Source: Azolla caroliniana (taxonomy: Eukaryota; Plantae; Polypodiophyta). From it: 64,000 bases of DNA. The notes beneath the pieces were generated by a model. It was not told where the DNA came from, searched no databases, and saw only the letters and a program-made list of their open reading frames with translations. This document shows, piece by piece, positions 62,527 to 64,000 of the stretch. The stretch lies in the NCBI GenBank assembly GCA_043228905.1, contig JBHGNT010000014.1, positions 15,066,001 to 15,130,000 on the forward strand. Reading direction: 5' to 3'. The position numbers and the translations under genes are program-made. Position 1 is the first letter of the stretch. Each line of letters opens with the position of its first letter.

Positions 62527-64000
62527 AGGAGACATATTTGTAAATATGTTTCTGAGAGCCCATCGAGGCTATATTTGTAAATAGCCGAAAAGTCATATTA
62601 GTATAAATATGACTTAGGGCAAACTTTTAGCTGTTGTTGTCAATTTCGGTCTTGCACGAAATCAGAGTGTGTAACTGTACAGAGAGAGAGAGAGAGAGTG
62701 AGAACGAGGTCGTTGCCTCTGTTGTAACCGCCGCCTATGGCGAAGATAGTGGGCACGAGGTCGTTGCCTCCGTGGACTCACTGTTTTGTACATTCTTACA
62801 TAGTGACAGTTTGCAGCCTGTGGACTGCCGTGGTTTTTTCCCCTAGTTTGGGGTTTTTTCACGTAAACCTCCTGTGTAGTGTGTGTATATCTTCCTCTCC
62901 TTTGTGTCGCGTTTTATTTCCCGTTTTCTGTGTATCATTCCACGCTCGGTTGTGGCCGAGCGTCGCGCATAAGGAACGTTAAGTTTCCGACACCTATCGT
63001 CAAAGCCATCGTACGAGCATGCAACGATCGAGTCGAGAATTGGCCATGAGTATTGCCCTATGCCTTGTGGGCTAACAGAACGACACATAGCTCGGTGATA
63101 GGGTATATGCCAACGGAGCTTATGTATTGACAAAAGCCGGTAATGCCCATTGAAAAGACGATCGCGTCATGGGTAGCGATACCATGGGAGAACGAGATGA
63201 GCCCAAAAGAGTTATTAGCAGCATGGATAAGGCAACTTGAAAGAAGACCCGAAGATCTAGAAAAAGCGCAAAAGATGATGGAGGTAGCCCGAGTGAAGAA
63301 CAAAATTCGGTTCGACAAGACGCATCGACTGCGTCCGAAGAAGATCGAAGAAGGAGATTGGGTATTTGTCTACGAAAACAGCCTTGACAATCAACACAGT
63401 ACAACAAGAAAGTTTGCAAGAAGATGGTTCGAACCGTATGTGGTGACAAGTGCCAACGATAATGCCACATACCACCTTGCGGAGCTAGACGGATCAAAGT
63501 TGGACGTACCCATTGCAGGGAAAAGAGTAAAGATTTTTAAGAAAAGACAAGACGAGGATCTCGACCTCGATCACCTCAACGATAAAGATAATAGGGCGGA
63601 TGTGAATGAAGACATGGAGGAATCTGATTGATCATTGTAGCCGAAATCTCAAACTCTCTCTTCTTGGCACGTACCGGAGGACGCGTGGTTTGGTGGGGGT
63701 GGATGTCGTGAAGATTTTCGGCAATAGTGTGAAACTTATGAGGAATATACAAAATCGAGTATGAGTCATATAAAATAATAATAGTGAAAATACTATTTTA
63801 AATAAGTTTAATATCTTAGTACAAAAAGATGGAGGCCTTCAAGAGCTTTCGAATGCACTTTACTACATAAGAAATGGACATCTAAGTCTCAAGTTATGTG
63901 GGTAGAAAGTTTGCAAAGGAAAAGAGAAAGATAAAACTGTTAGACATCCCACATAGATAGGACAAATAAGGATCTCACCATATATAAGGCAGAGAAAAAG

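Larger units (their letters stand above)
52001..62992 (+). mobile_element. Tnt1/Tork-like Copia H (same family as E) inserted in the F integrase
   Basis: TSD CCTAT (51996-52000, 62993-97); 5' LTR 52001-52120 plus 57503-58124; 3' LTR 62226-62992; PBS 58127-38. Confidence 0.96.
49034..63631 (+). pseudogene. F ORF2 pol (RT-RNase H-integrase), segments 49034-52000 and 62998-63631
   Basis: YKTVDKKIKPV, WFTVPKKNGSLRFIQDL, DLYSGYDQF, PFLDD RT; VDTSPTGIG RNase H; integrase DLVSMP/TDRGD/ERGHGP|IVKA; WFEPY (GPY/F-like) C-terminus; no chromodomain. Confidence 0.9.
40539..64000 (+). mobile_element. Ty3/Gypsy element F without chromodomain; 5' LTR 40539-41840, 3' LTR from 63704 to beyond the window; hosts G, H and I
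   Basis: tgtcgtgaa...ttcacgaca LTR; 3' LTR about 22 mismatches in 297 bp; PPT ggtttggtgggggtgga just before 63704; gag-PR-RT-RH-INT order. Confidence 0.93.

Overview
Eukaryotic, TE-dense, heterochromatin-like DNA; I could not support any intact host gene. The lineages present suggest a plant, probably a non-seed plant such as a fern or lycophyte (inference). 1-16 kb is AT-rich and holds microsatellites, small duplications, a 5'-truncated L1-type LINE, a probable RTE-type LINE scrap, a 52-bp minisatellite and a Ty3/Gypsy remnant. 16-64 kb is a stack of nested LTR retrotransposons whose ends, primer-binding sites (PBS), polypurine tracts (PPT) and target-site duplications (TSD) can be read directly. 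Copia A (16221-26775) contains Copia B (20049-25707). A broken Tnt1/Tork-like Copia C (from 27478) contains a patchwork of fragments, Copia E (33628-39297) and a large Gypsy F (40539 to beyond the window). F contains a non-autonomous relative G (42743-47546) and Copia H (52001-62992), and H's 5' LTR contains an intact Copia I (52121-57497). The most notable biology is the F/G family: tRNA-Trp priming, a 4-bp TSD, a candidate -1 ribosomal frameshift signal (G_GAU_UUU_UAG plus hairpin/pseudoknot) placed between protease and RT, and a pol-less partner element. The A/B/D Copia elements also show a duplicated PPT, with the ORF of A and B running on into the 3' LTR. All mismatch counts are by-eye alignments.
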